This document shows positions 14,501-29,200 of a stretch of DNA of 64,000 nucleotides, one piece after another. The notes under the pieces are model-generated. The model worked only from the letters and a program-made list of their open reading frames with translations, did not search any database and was not told the origin of the DNA. The position numbers were made by a program, and so were the translations under genes. This DNA comes from Podarcis liolepis. Its lineage: Eukaryota. Each line of letters opens with the position of its first letter. Positions within the stretch are counted from its first letter, which is position 1. The stretch is from assembly GCA_965112155.1 (NCBI GenBank), contig OZ218099.1. One strand, given 5' to 3'.

Positions 14501-17500
14501 TTGCATCCGTTGCGGACACCACATCACAGAGTGCATGTATGAAGTGGCGCCTCTTTGGATAAAAAGGGAGGCGTGTTTGTCTAAGCTGTTTCCTTTTGGT
14601 AGCGAAGAGTACAGTTACACTTGATGCTAGGGTGGGGGAAGATTTGGATGTGCGCAGGCATGTTTTGATGAAAGGCTGGACAGGGATTCTTCTGTCATTC
14701 CCTTGGCTCTATTCTCTAGTCTGCTTCACCATTTCCCCACCAGATCTACGTTCTTCTACATTTTTCATTGGCGTGGGAAGGGGGCCCCCTGCAAATTCCT
14801 TGAAGTAGACTATATAATGAAAAACAATCACATCCAAATGTTGCAATATGCATTATGTAAGTTGCACTATTTATTCCGGGCACCAAAACCACATTTGGAT
14901 TACTTGGTGCAAAAACGTGCACAGCTTTGGCTTAAAAACCTCTCTGTCGTTTCCTCCTCAGCTTCAATGCTAATGCAGTTCTCATGTCTTCAGGAAACAA
15001 AAATGTAAAGACTTTTACAGAATACAACTAATCCCTAATCACTGAAAGAGGGCAACATGTTTTTGCTTAAGGGCTCCAGGGACCCTTAATGGTAAAATCA
15101 GCAGGGCTTTTTGGCTCTAAATTAATAGTGTGGTGGATCAGAGACCACGGAGGTGGTAGGCAGGAACAGAAGCTCAGTGGTATCCAAGAGGTTGTGGGTG
15201 GGCGGGGGGCAGGAGCTGAGGCTGACTAGAGGTAGCACTAATATTTGGGAATGGGGATGCTGCATTCTTGTAGATCAGGAATGTGATCTAGCTCTCCGTG
15301 CAGAGAACCCATCCATTTCAGCTACCTGAGGCTGTAGTGAGAATGGTTTTAAGCTAGTGTCAAGTGCATGACAAATGAAGAAAATTGAAGTCAGGGCATG
15401 TGTTACTCCCCCTTCCAAAACATACCTCCCCATCTAATCCCTGGAGTATTTCCCAGTTCTGCTAGCCTCAGCAGTCTCGATTCTTTCTGCTAAACTTGCA
15501 CCATGCAGACAGCTCCATCCTAAACACCTGTCAGTCTCATATCTGCTGGAACACGTTTGCCAGCTTTAAGCCTACTAGTCCGATCAGAGCACTTGTCACA
15601 AAGTGAGGGAAATTCAGATTTGCCTTCAACACTCAGAGAAGTGTTAATATGATAGAAAAGAGCCACAAAAAATGACTTGTAGCGTAGTGTTATGAAGAGT
15701 GAATAATTCATACATCTATTTTGGAAGCCAAAGCCAGGACAGAATAGTATTCAACCCCCTCCCCCCCAATTATTCTGAATACATTTTAAATGTTGGTTTC
15801 TCTTGTATTTGATCCTGGCAATAGCAGCCAGGAAAAAAAAATTAGTTGCAAGTAATCCAGATTTACAAGGGCCTGTGGATTACTACAATGTGTTATACAT
15901 GGGGCTAACTGTGGAAACAGTCTGGAAAGCCAGCTGTTCCAATATAGGGCAGTGAGAATATTAACTATCACATCAGGACTTTAACATCTGCAATGGCTTC
16001 AATATATTTCTGTGCCGAATTCAAGGTGCTAATATTATTCTTTAATCTCCTAAATAGCTTGGGGCCATGCTACTGGAAGGTTCACCTTTTTCTGCATATG
16101 CCTTAAGATCTTCATTAGAGGTTGTACTCTAGATGCCTCCACTAAATGAAATGTGTGGTTACTAAGGAGCGGGCCTTTTGCCTGATACCTACACTGTGGT
16201 CTTTCCAGCACCAGGTAAAGTTATTTTAATTTTGCAAAAAATTTTTACTTTTTTTTAGTTATATGCATCTTAGGTATTTCACAATAATTATTCCCCCCCC
16301 CCTAATGATTGGCTGTAGCTCAACAGTAGAGCATCTTCTTTGTATTTAGAATGTCCCATGCTCAATTCCCAGCATCTCTAGGTAGGGCTGGGTGAGGCCC
16401 CCTGCCTAAAACCCTGAAGAGCTTCTATCGGTCTGTGTAGACAACACTGAGCATGATGGACGAATAGATTCAGTAGGAAGTTCCCTATGATCTTGTATTG
16501 GCTGCACTGATATTGTTGTTAATACATAAAGGTAAAGGTAAAGGTAAAGGGACCCCTGACCATTAGGTCCAGTCGTGGCAGACTCTGGGGTTGTGGCGCT
16601 CATCTCGCTTTATTGGCCGAGGGAGCCGGCGTACAGCTTCCGGGTCATGTGGCCAGCATGACTAAGCCGCTTCTGGCGAACCAGAGCAGCGCATGGAAAC
16701 ACTGTTTACCTTCCCGCCGGAGCAATACCTATTTATCTACTTGCACTTTGACGTGCTTTTCAACTGCTAGGTTGGCAGGAGCAGGGACCGAGCAACGGGA
16801 GCTCCCCCCCCGTCGCGGGGATTCGAACCACTGACCTTCTGATTGGCAAGTCCTAGGCTCTGTAGTTTAACCCACAGCGCCCCCATGTCCCTGTTAATAC
16901 ATACCCTGATGTTATTTTCTTGTGTCTTTATTTAACCGATTCATAACTTTTATAAACTGTACAGAACACTTTGTGGAAGGGTAGCATTAAAAAAATAAAT
17001 AAATCTAAATGAGTAGTTAATGCCACAGCACCTCGGAAAGTTATCTACAAACAACACTTGGAATTCCTTCTCTCTTCTTTTAAACGGCGTCTTTTCAGAG
17101 TGCTATAATGCAGGTTGTCAACAGACCTCAGTAAACAAGCACCTAATCATCCCTGGTCTCTCCAGGGAGAAGCATGCTAGTTGTAACAGCAGTCTTGATC
17201 ACTCATCACTCATCTGCCCCCAAAAAACATTATTTCGGCAGAAGGAAAAACCCAAGACACCATATTACACTTTTGTTGAAGCAGCTGCACTGGCTGTTTG
17301 TATACCAGCAGGCAGGTTCACGGTGTTGTTACTTGTTTACACTGCCTAAACAACTTGGGACCCAGCTATTTGAGAGACCACTTCTTCCTTTACAACCCTG
17401 CTTGGCTACTACATTTGATGGTAGAGGACCCTAAGAGCTCCTACTTTTAGCCTTGCATCCACCACAGTGTGGCATTCACTACCATCTGATCTAAGGCATT

Positions 17501-20191
17501 ATCCAACAAACTACTCTTTCAGGTGTATGCTAAAGATTATTATTATTATTAACTGGAGACTTGTCTGAAATTATTTTGTTTACAGTAAAACTGTCACAAT
17601 TATTTACAACGATCACAGGGCAGTTGACAACATAAGGAAAGGACTATCAATTAAACAAAAAAGCCCAGATATTTGGTCATGTGTATCCACTGTGAGACAG
17701 TTTCTTTTCATACAAATTCAATTTATTATTTAGCATGAGCAACAGACTGCTTTTGCCAAAGGTCACTGAACATAGCATCCTGAAGCAGTGTGCTGTGCCT
17801 CTAGCATCTCTGCTGAGGCCTGTGGCGCTCTCTCAAGTACAGATTTCATCTGCAAACATTTAATGGTATGTTCCCCCAGTATAGGTGTCCTTCCACTCCT
17901 TATTTCTTCAAGAGCACCCTTATTTCTTTCCATGACACACTGGATTCATCATTTCCCGACACCCAGCCCAACAACATTTGACCATCCTACATAACCCTCT
18001 GTAGTTTCCTTACCTTAATGGTCTGAGAGTTCGCAGTAGCCTCAAGACTCTTAGCATTCCAAGAATTTTTGTGCCGCTATCAGAAACCATCGAAACCAGG
18101 ATGTCAGCCACTGAGATGAGAACCAACACCCCGTCCAGCACATTCCAACTACTTCTCAAGTATGCCTTCTCACCAAAGCACAAGCCTAACGCCACCACCT
18201 GTCAAGATGTCAAAATTGCAACAAAAGAAGACGACTTGAGTCAATATGTTGAATGCATTATTTACAGATATGAGACTGCAAATGCATTGGCTTCCCAGTT
18301 ATAGAAACACAACTAAGCCAATCCTGCAAAGTGTTATAATGTAAGGTTCGTAAAAAATAACTATGCAGAAACATCCCAGATTGTGCCTTTAACAGCTGAT
18401 GTATTTTTAATGCAGTTAAAACCTAATTGCGCAAAAGTGTCTGCAATAATGTATAGAAATTACATAAAAGAATGGCACACACGATTAATATTTTCTTACA
18501 GCTGACTGCAGATATAAATGGTTGGAAGCTGCTGACCATATGCTATCCTGAGCCACAAGGCTTTCAAACAGTTTTCAGGTGCAACAAGGTCACCACAACA
18601 ACTAAAATGAATCATTTGAGAGGTTGCTAATTTCACACACGCTAGCTTTGTTGGAAGCATTTATTCCTACACACTGGTGGGAAAGGGTGACATCCCCACC
18701 AATTCCCAGCAAGTTAGAAAGTTTCAGCCGAGCATTTAAAACTCTGGCCTTTTCAGAGGCAAGCAGGTCTGAATGGTAAATCTCTTAAAAGAGCATATAC
18801 AAACTGAGATGTCGAAAATGAGCCCTTGTGGAATGTGCTTGGTCTTCATTTAGGTTACATGGCAAGCTGCTGCACAGGGTCTCAGTTCTGTGGTTCATAA
18901 AGTCAACAGATGGGAGAACACACTCCACTAGCCAACCTCGGTTAACAGGGATGGGGAACTTGTGGCTCCCCATGTTGTTGGATTCCAATTCTCATCAGGC
19001 CAGGCAAGCATGGCCAAGGAAAAGGGATGATGGAAACTGTAGTCCAGCACCATCTGGTTTCTATTCTTGCTCTATTAGCTGCTACAAACATGTAGCTTAA
19101 TTGTTTAGAACTCAATGAGTGCATATGAGCTCCAAACACTCTCAGAGGTTTTGCATGTGCATGCTGGGATGTCCCAGTAGGGAAGCCCGTTTTCACAGGA
19201 CATGTGAGTACTGGCATAGAGCTTATACTGATGAAATGAGTTCAGTAGGTAGGAAAGATGTGTTTCATGAGGGTTCAGGATGAGGCCAAAAGGCCAAAGG
19301 GTAATTTACCTTGATGGTCATTTCAGCCAGGAAGATTGCTGTGAAAATATAGTTGGAGAGTGTGAGGAAAATTCGTTCCTATTTAAAAAGAGAGAGAGAG
19401 AGAGATGCAATATTTTAATCTCATTTGCCAAGCTGTGCATATTTACATACCTGGGAGCTGCTAAAAGGATTCTTGCTTTCATGCCGAAATACCCACAATG
19501 TTTGCTATCAAAGAAGAAACAAGTCCAAATATGTACAGGATAACATTTAATTTCATGAACGCCCCTTTGCTTTTTCTTATGCACTTTTATCTGTGTTAGT
19601 ACCATGGACAGCTGCTGGCTCTCTTATACATTGAGGTGGGATATGCACTGCAAATCATTTTCCCGCAGTGCAATCTCACATCTTTCTCTATATTCCTAGA
19701 ATGAGCAGTGACATCTTTTTACTTGTACTAAGAATTCCAGAATACATGGAAGTGCCTGACAGAAAGTGGAAGGCACCAGAAATAGTGTGTGTTGTGTGGG
19801 GCTGTTGTGCATCCCATGTAAAGTTCAGGACATATTAAATGCATTGCTGAGAGTCTTGGTACCATCCTTGCTTAACAAACAAGCTGAGCACCAGCTTTCT
19901 GGAGGTAGGCATGCAAAGCAGTTCTTGCAAGGGGAGGAAAATCTAGATCCCACCCTCCTATCTGCCACATTACCACAGCTGTCCACCTCAGTTTCCTCTA
20001 TGACTGCTGTTCGTGCAGAGCTGGGTTTCCTAATCCACATGTGTGAAGGGAATCTGAAAGATGTGTGAGTATCCTTTTTCTTTTGACCCAAGTCCTGTGA
20101 ATTTTCTTCCTTTCTCTACATTTAAGGTGTAGTTCAGGAGAGTCAATGCAGTGAGAACAGAAACAGTTTTTTGTGCTTTCATTAATATCTA

Positions 20192-20233
<42 letters not shown>

Positions 20234-23200
20234 ATCTATCTATCTATCATCTCTGCTAATTTATGGGAAATTATAGTACAGTGGTATCTCGGGTTACATA
20301 CGCTTCAGGTTACAGACTCCGATAACCCAGAAATAGTACCTCGGGTTAAGAATTTTGCTTCAGGATGAGAACAGAAATCGCACGGCGACAGCAGCGGGAG
20401 GTCCCATTAGCTAAAGTGGTGCTTCAGGTTAAGAACAGTTTCAGGATAAGAACGGACCTCCAGAATGAATTAAGTACTTAACCTGAGGTACCACTGTAAT
20501 ATGAAATGAAACAAATAAAAACAATGCAAGTTTCAAGCAGTATCAACCCAGGGTCCACACTTGAGTTACCTTTGAGCACATGAGGCCGACCTCCTCATTT
20601 CCAGCAATGTACACAGCTGAACCTCAATTAGCAATGAAGACAGAAACAAACTTCGTCCTTTTTCTAATTCAGTCTTCCTCAAACCTGGTACCCTCCAGAT
20701 GTTTTGGATTCTAACTCTCTCTTCCACGGTAGCCAGCATGGTAAGAGATGATGGGAGCTGAACTTCAAAACATTAGGAAGGCACCAGGTAGGGGAAGGCT
20801 GATATAGCTGCCTAAAGTTGTCTGTGACCTTCAGGAGAATTATACATATCCCTCTTGGTGGTCTCTACCTCCCCAGTGTGAAATGCTGAACCCTGAATAT
20901 TCGGAAACAGGATAGTACCAAAAGCTATTACTTATGCAAGGTACACCTTAATGGCCATGTTGTTATTGGGAAACTCCACAGCAACCAAAATTTGTTAGCA
21001 TTTAGCTATTACATACCACTGCATTACAGTCCTTATCTAATTCATTTTTCATAAAAACCTCCAGTCATTGTGCTCCACATTTCCCCAAAGGGTACCTGTG
21101 GGAAATCCAAGCCTAACCTGACATCCCTATAGCTTAGCCAAAGTCCATAGGTTCCCCAGGGGTGGCTAAGGATCCTCTCTGGATCACATTTACAAATGAT
21201 CACAGAAGTAGCCAGTGGAAAAGAGACTTTGCAATGATAATAATTAAAGACATCACACTTCAGACTAATCTCTGCAATCTCTGATTATGCTGAGGAAGAA
21301 GACGAGGCCTCTAAGATAAGAATGCTGTTCAAAACTCAAAACATGATAGATCGTGATGTGTGGAGAATGACTCGGGAATCAGTTAATAGCCACTTTTCCA
21401 GACTGGCCTCTGTAATTAATCAAATCTTGCAGGTTCCTGCTGTGACCACACAAGTTTCTTCACCAGGAAAACATTCCCTGCCTTCTTTGGAGTACTGCAC
21501 AAAAGATGGGTCTCTACAAGGTCAGCAAGCATGCCATGCAGACGAGCTGCTGGAGGACTGGATAAGGTCCTGCTTTAAGGGCTGCAGATAAAATATTAAT
21601 AGCAGTCAGAAAAGGTTTGGAATATTAGACTCCTTCGCGTGAAGCATGCAGCAATTTTAGAGTGTAATCTCTGCAGACCACAGAGAGAATTCTCAGAAAG
21701 GGATTGCACATTGTCTAGAGGCAGTGCTCCCTCCCTCCCCCACTGCGGTGACAGGCTGGCTGGATCTGGGACAGCAAGAGAACTGGCTTGAGGCGGTTAG
21801 AAAATCCACATCTCTGGAAGGCAAAGAATAATTGGTAGAGACGACTGAAGCTCAAGTAATATCTATTTTGGTTTCTAGGCAAGAAGTCTGTTCCATGGAG
21901 AAGTTAGTATATGAGCCCTGACTCCCTTTAGGGGTTTTTACACTGTCCCCCACTCCCAATACCAAGGTAGAGGACTACTGAAATCCTTTGTAAGCCCATG
22001 ATTCATGGTCCAGCTCTCTTCTATCCTGTTGGTCACTTTTAATCCAAAATGTATTCAGTTTTCTCACACTTGAATTCAAAGACTATCCTTCTGCACATAA
22101 GAGCCATGCTGGTCTACACATAACACAAGAAGAGGCCCGTCTAGACCAGCATCCTGTTCTTACAGTGGCCATTAAAATGCCTACAGGAAGTCAGGCCCTC
22201 AGTGAAACAGCGATCTCCCAACTTGTACTATCCAGCAGCACTGCTTTCAACAGTGGAGACCCAACATAGCCATCATGGCTAGTAGCCATGGAAAGCCTTA
22301 TCCTCCATGAACTTGAGAACAAATTCTGAGCAAAAGCTTCAGCTGCTTCTCTGTTCCTCAGCTTCAGGGGCATGTCTTTCTCCACCCCACCCCGTTTCCC
22401 ATTTAATCTTCCTGGTTGCTCTACTTGACACTTCTGATCAACACCACCCCAGCCCCACTTCAAAATCTTTTCCCATGCCCATCTTTTATCCTTACGTTTC
22501 CCGTGGCCCCCAGACCTAAGCCCTTGCTCAGGAGGGGAAGTCACACCCACTGAAATTCCCTCTTCTCCACAACCACTGAAGCTGCAGGAGCCACACACAC
22601 CCCTGTCCTCTTTTGTACCTGGGCCACCTTATTCCCCCCCCCGAAATAAAATGCCAGTTAAAAGACCTCTGTTCAGTAGTGGATGGAGGGCTGGGGCAAT
22701 GGCACCCACCTGGCCTCCAGCTGCCCTCATAGCTTCTGCATACCAGGACAGAGATGGGGAGGGACAAAGTGGTTGTGAGGTTGGCACAGTGTGAATAATA
22801 CGGTGGGAACACCAGATTGGTTCCACCAGTGCATCTGCACCATGCGGACCTCACCAATGCCTCATCCCTCCTGCTTTCAGTCCTGGTATGTAGCAGCGAT
22901 ATGGGCGGCTGGAGGCCAGGTCAGCACTGCTGTCCCACTTCACTGCCTGCTGCTGCCTGTTTGATATTAAGTGGTTTCTTCTGAATTCTGTGTGCTGGCA
23001 GGCACCATTTTGAAATCCTATGACTATTTACTCTTAAAACGGCTAATTCTTTCATAGGTCCTGCATGCAAAGAACAATTGCTAAATTCAACCAAACCAGA
23101 TGTGAGTTTGTTTCCTAATAAACTCCCTGACAACATGCAATAGAGGGATTTTTTTTTTAAGAAAAGCATCTGAAAGTTAATAATGGCCCACAAGCTCAAA

Positions 23201-26200
23201 ATAGCTCTCGCCCTATCCAAATCACTCATGTAAGAATTGTTTTATAAAGCAAGTTAATGGAGAACAGTGTCAATGATTGCTCGCTCATTAAAAGAGCGTT
23301 TTTACTTTAATAGTTGGAAAGGGATTCATGTGAAGCCCCATTTGACAAAAGTTTGAAAACTCCCAGCCTTAATGAAGAGCACATTTTATTAACTAACTAA
23401 CACACATGTTCAGTTTCTGTGGGTGGGGGGAGGGGAAGTAAAAAGAAAGAAAAGAAAAAGCAGAAACCTAAATTTGTTTTCATGCCACAGTTCTTTGTGG
23501 GTCACGCAATCATTTAAAACAAAATTATGTGCTTTACCAGTTATGGAAATCTTAGTCGGTGTGAAGTGGCTAAGCTACAAAGGCACACATCTGGAGGTAG
23601 TTCCTTGAAATCTATGGGACGCAGATTTTGTGACCCAGAAAAGAGAGAACTTTAGCGGAACAGAGGGTGGAATTGCTTCAAAATGCTGTAGTGCTCCTAA
23701 TTAGGATTACAGCCGCTCTGTTCCATTCTATTCTCCCTTCCCACTGTCTGCCCACCCCAGTCCGGTCAGCATTCTGTGCCCACTGCGCATGCTGCTGAGT
23801 CTTCAGAGTCTTCACTCCCTTTAAAGATTTTTGTACTACTGCAAGCTTTGGGTTTTCTCCTCACCAATCCTGCTGATAACTTCCCTCCTGTGTGTGAGCT
23901 GAGCAGTGCTGTTTTGGCTCCATAAGGAATGATGCTCACAGCCTTAACACTGGAATGTCTTGGGTCTGAAAGCTTGATCTCCAGGGTAGGACTAGTTTTT
24001 GATGCAGCTGCTTCTAATGACTAACTGCGACGTGTTTTGAAATGACAGCCTTTGTGGTAGCTTCATCAACATGGGTTGTAGGGCTGGCCCTATCATTAGG
24101 CAGGGTGAGGCAACTGCCTAAGGTGGCAGCTGCCCTGGGGAAGCATTATCATCTTGTGACTTTCCTTGCTGAGCCTCGAGCCATTTTGTTCTGTTGCTAC
24201 ATGACCTGTTCTGGACCGGCTACTCTGCCATGCTACTCTCCAGTGTGGTAGTAGATGTTATCTGGTCACCAGTGTTAAAAGTAAGATTCAACAATCAATT
24301 TATCTGGCTTTCGGTTGTGGAATTGGGAGGGGCACCATCTTATCCTTTGCTCCAGGTAGCAAAATATCTGGCCCTGGTGGTTTGGGTATGAAAACCGAAA
24401 ATTTATTTTAACCTCTTGCTTGTTTTGTGACACCAGTTGGACTCCTAACAGACATTCGCCCATGACAATAAAACCTTTCATTTGTTCATCAGCCAAACAT
24501 GATGTTAAGTTGTATGGATGGCTTCAATTCCAAACCCAGAAATTTCAGTTGCCGGTACTTTGACTTTAAAGCATTTCAATAACTAAAACTGTCATTTCTT
24601 ATTCAAATTTAATAGAACTCCAGAGCATTCAAATGGGTGCATTTAATCTAACTTCCCAAGTTTGCATTTACCGGTATATTCTGTTTTTAATTCAATATAG
24701 CCCAAATAAGATGTCTGAAACTGACACCAATTCCTTGATGGTTTGAATTTCAGTAATTTGAATGGATGTGACCATTTGAAAAATACTCTTTGCTTTCAGC
24801 TCTCATTTTAAGCTAAGGGAAGATGATTCTAGAGGGGTGCAGCCTGAATAGCATTTGACAATGTTACAGAAGCCCCCCAATGGTTGTGTGTTTTGTTTAT
24901 CAGCCCCTCCTTTTGCCTCTCTGAAGCTGCAGATCCTAAGCATGCTCACCAGGATGCAATACCATTGAATTCAGTGGGGCGTATGTCCAAGCAAACATGC
25001 ATAGGATCAGGTGGTAAGAAACTGAAATAAAATAATAGAACTGTCAGTTTAATGTGCTTTATCTGGTTAGAATCTGATTGACAGACACTGTTGCTATGAA
25101 GATCTGATTGGGGAAAAACCCAATTATGCAAATCTATCAAAACAAATGTTGCAGGGAACCAGAATGAAGATGTTTGTTCCTATCAAAACAAAGAGGAGAA
25201 AAAGAAGTGCAAAAAAGAGCTATTCCTTTCCTTCCTCTGTGCTGTGCCCCCAACAAATGCCAATGCAGAACAGATGGAAAGGACCAAAACCCAACATTAC
25301 ACCAAGAAAGCAAAAGCGTTTGAATGTTTATTGAAGAAGAAAACTGTGACAGATGCCATAGCTGTGTCAAGTATTAAAACAAGCTGATTCTGCCTTGGGA
25401 AATAGGATGCCAAAAAAGGGGGGAAAAAGGGGGTGTTCTTACTTTGATGCCTTTGGCACATGGCTGTTGCTCTTGGATATTGCAGAGTGGAATAAAAGAC
25501 AGCTTGACGGGGCAAAAGCAAGGAAAGCCCCTTTGCACCCACTGCTGGGAAGGGGCATTTATTGCTCAAAGTAACAGCATGCAGGTGAAGAACTAAAAAA
25601 AGAATAAGCCACAGCCAGTGATAAACTGGTGAGACCTTGTCTTCTGTTATAAACTACAATGCTTAAACCCAAGAGCAGAGCATGGTAGCAGGACAAGCAG
25701 CAGCAAATTCCACATAAATGCAAATCTGGAGGTCAGCTGTGCATCTGTAATGGCCAGATGTGCCAGGCAGCCGACGAACAGGATTTGCCAAGGTGGGAAT
25801 TGAAGGCAGTTTTGCCTTAACACTGAAAGTAGAAGTTTGGTGCTGATGTTGCTTAGATACTAGCACTGCTTGTGTGCTTGCTTCTGTGACCCCATAATGC
25901 CTGCTCAAATATGTACATTTGTACGGTGAGGGGTGGAAACATATTATTAGGATGACACGATGTCTCTAGCCCCCTCTCCTCCTAAAAAAGCTTATCTTAG
26001 GAAGGCTGCCATGAATTTCTCAACACGTGGAGGAATTGCAGAAGTGAAGCAAAGTATGAGTATTTGAAAACACTCATCCCTTTAGATGTGTGAAGCAGTC
26101 ATATTAGAAGGGCAACAAAGAGTCTTGTGCATTGAAGACCGATACATTTTTATTACAGCAAATGATTCCGTGAACTAGAACCCACCTCATCAGATGCATG

Positions 26201-29200
26201 GAGTGTTATCTTTATTTTGATTCATTGATTCATTCAATAAATTTAAATTATGTCCTTTGTCATAAACAACGAAGTTATCAAATAACTATTCTGCATTTAA
26301 TTAAGTCAATAATGAAATATTAATAAATATTTATTATGTAGCTACAAAAACTGCAAAACACAATGTGCTAGAACTAGTACAAAAATCTATCCTAAGCCAA
26401 CAGCAGAAAGCAGTTCCGCCATTACAGTTGGGCAACACTGATCAACCACTGCCAAGTGCCCTGGTGAAGAGATAGGTCTTCATTTGGCATCAAATTCCAT
26501 ACAAAGTAGACACCAGATACATTTCTGATGGGAGGGAGTTTCATATAGGTTGGGTGCCACTACAGAAAAGGCCCTATCTTGAGTTGCTGTCTTATATACC
26601 AATATATATGGATGTCCAAAAAGGTCTCTCCTACAGATTTCACGGCCAAAGCATGTTCATAAAGGAAGAGGCACTCCTTTACATTAGGTATGTAATTATA
26701 TATACACACTGCATAAAGGGGAAAATATGTAAATAACGAAGTTAAAGTTGGAGACATATGGCAATAGAACGCAGAAAGTACTTTCTGTGACAATTCAATC
26801 AGAGTGATGCATCCAATGAAGTGGGCTCTAGTCAGTGAAAGATTATGAAAAGAAAAAAAAGGGCTTTATGGTGCCACAAGCCTCTTAAGGCTGCATAAAG
26901 CAAAATTCTGAAAGTGATGTTGAAAAAGAAAGTTTTCTCCTTGAGGAACTGTATTCATTCTTCCAGTGTTACTTTTTCATGATGTTACAAAAGCTACAGG
27001 GAAACTGCAGAGGCCTTCAGGCTGTTCATGAAATAGGATCATCTCTAGATCACCAAAGAGAGAGGGTGTGCTAAGGTGATTCCCCACAGGTGCTTTGATC
27101 TCTTGGTAAAACTAGTACAAGACTCAGTATTTTTACTTAAATCACCTTTAACCAGCTGAGATTAGCCCCATGGCTAAAGAGATTGAAGGCAAGAACAGAC
27201 ATTGCTAAGAATACAACATCAGCTTGATCTGATCAGCAAGGTGGTAACCATCAGGAAGCAATGAGGCTTGGCGACTACTCACAGCACTGTGTGGCTCAAT
27301 TTTGGGACGTTCCATCGCAATGGTGATGCAGTTCAGAAAGATGATTACCAAGACGACATGATCAAACATCTTGTGAGTAATTATTTTATTGCATATCACA
27401 CGGAATCTAGGAAAGGGAAGAGGAAAAGAAGACTTAGGAATTACCGGTAGTTGTCATCACAAGCCTTAAGCATGCAGACTGCCATTTCTTTCTAAACCAA
27501 ATGTCTGAAACAATCCCCTCTCCCCCAACCCCCACTCTTGGGAAACTGAATCCCCACTCTTACACATTTCTTTCATTAGAATATAACTGCAGATATTTCA
27601 AATTGTTCAGGAAGAGAGATTTGTTGGCATAATTCTTCTCTCAAACTTTTCCCAGCAAAGCTTATTTCAAGGCATCTCACTCTCAGAAAGATCTTCTGTT
27701 GGGAACATCACACTTTTTTTTAGTTGTTTGTTATACCTTATTATTATCCCAAAATTACATGCCTGAGAAAAAACTGCTAGTGTGCCACAAGGAATGTACC
27801 AATCAATCAGTCAATGAATCAATGAATAGCTCTTGTGAGTTCATAGAGGAGGCTGTCTGCTGTGGCTCTGTACAGTTCACCACTCTCGCCTGGACTCCCT
27901 TCTACTTGGCCTCTGCTGGAGATGGCTAATCAGTTTGGCAGTGTTTCTGCATTGGGTGCAATAGGATTATTAATGAGCTCCTGATGTGTAGTGTGTGCTG
28001 CTGAATGACTTACTGCAGAAGAGGCTGTCCACCGTGTGCCTGAATGCACCACTGCTCTAGACATGCCTAGTCAAAGACATGGCCAGATTAACCAACCATG
28101 CAGAAATGTTTTTTTGTGTGTGTGTTTCTTTTTGTGTGTGTTTTCTGAGGTCAGGAAGTGTAATTCTTACCCTTGCACATTCAAAAAGCAAATCTTTCAG
28201 GTGTACAAGTGAAGATAGGGTAGCAACTGAGAGTATGAGAGGCCAATGGGCAAAGTAAAAATAAGGGGTGGTATTCAAACAATTATACTTACTGAAATCA
28301 CATTAAAATCACTACTGCTACCAGTCCCAAAATGTATGGCTGATGCTACAGAGGTACTGTAGGGAAGAGACCTTGCATCTATCTAATGCAGAATTCCTTA
28401 CTAGTTGACTTATAAAACAACAACACCGTGAGGGTTTATTGAGTAGAAAGCAGAAAATAGTCACACTTAAGATGGACTTGTTAATAGCAACTGCAGCAAA
28501 AATTATAATTATTTTTGTTAAAGCAAATGTTTCGGTCTGCAAACACTAATCCCTGCATGTAATTACTTTAGTTTTTCTTGCTGTTGTTTCTGGCTATATG
28601 AATGAATGTCTACTCTGTCTACTCTGACAGGTAGGAGTTTTCCAGGGTCCCATCACTTGGTACCTGATCCTTTTAAATGGAGTTGCCAGAGATCAGGGCA
28701 TCTTCCACATGTAAAACAAGTGCTCTACCTTTGAGCTAGAGGGCGGTATCCAACTAACTCATTATGCCAGTGCAAGGATTTCTGCTTATACAATAGAAGT
28801 TCCCTGTTAGTGCCACAAACACTGCCCAAATCTGCTCTGGAAGGTTTGAAGAAACCTCAGAATCTATTTTGTTGCACAAGCAGAAATCCTTGCACTGATG
28901 AAACAAGTATTAGTTGGATACCACCCACTGCCCCTCCACAATGTTGACGGCCAGCAGCTAATGCTACACAATGTAATAATTGATTACATTGTGCTGGGTG
29001 CTGGCAGCCATTGGATATTAGCACAAGTTCAAATCTTTCAGCTGGCAACATTTTTTTTCCAGTTCCCCTTGCAACTGTTAAGTCTGCGGGAATTCTACAA
29101 CTGCCATGCTCTGCAAATATTTATTTGAGCACAGAATCCTGGAGCCCTGCCTGCCACAGTGTTATCAATCACACTAAGTTGCCTTACTTAGACTGAGGAG

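Noticed and set aside
16311-16385. tRNA gene
   Set aside because: Degenerate cloverleaf continuing into a SINE body; it is a SINE head
26115-26890. Inverted pair of short Penelope-like fragments at ~26115-26205 and ~26808-26885
   Set aside because: Too short and decayed to call with confidence; no TSD or evidence of a composite element
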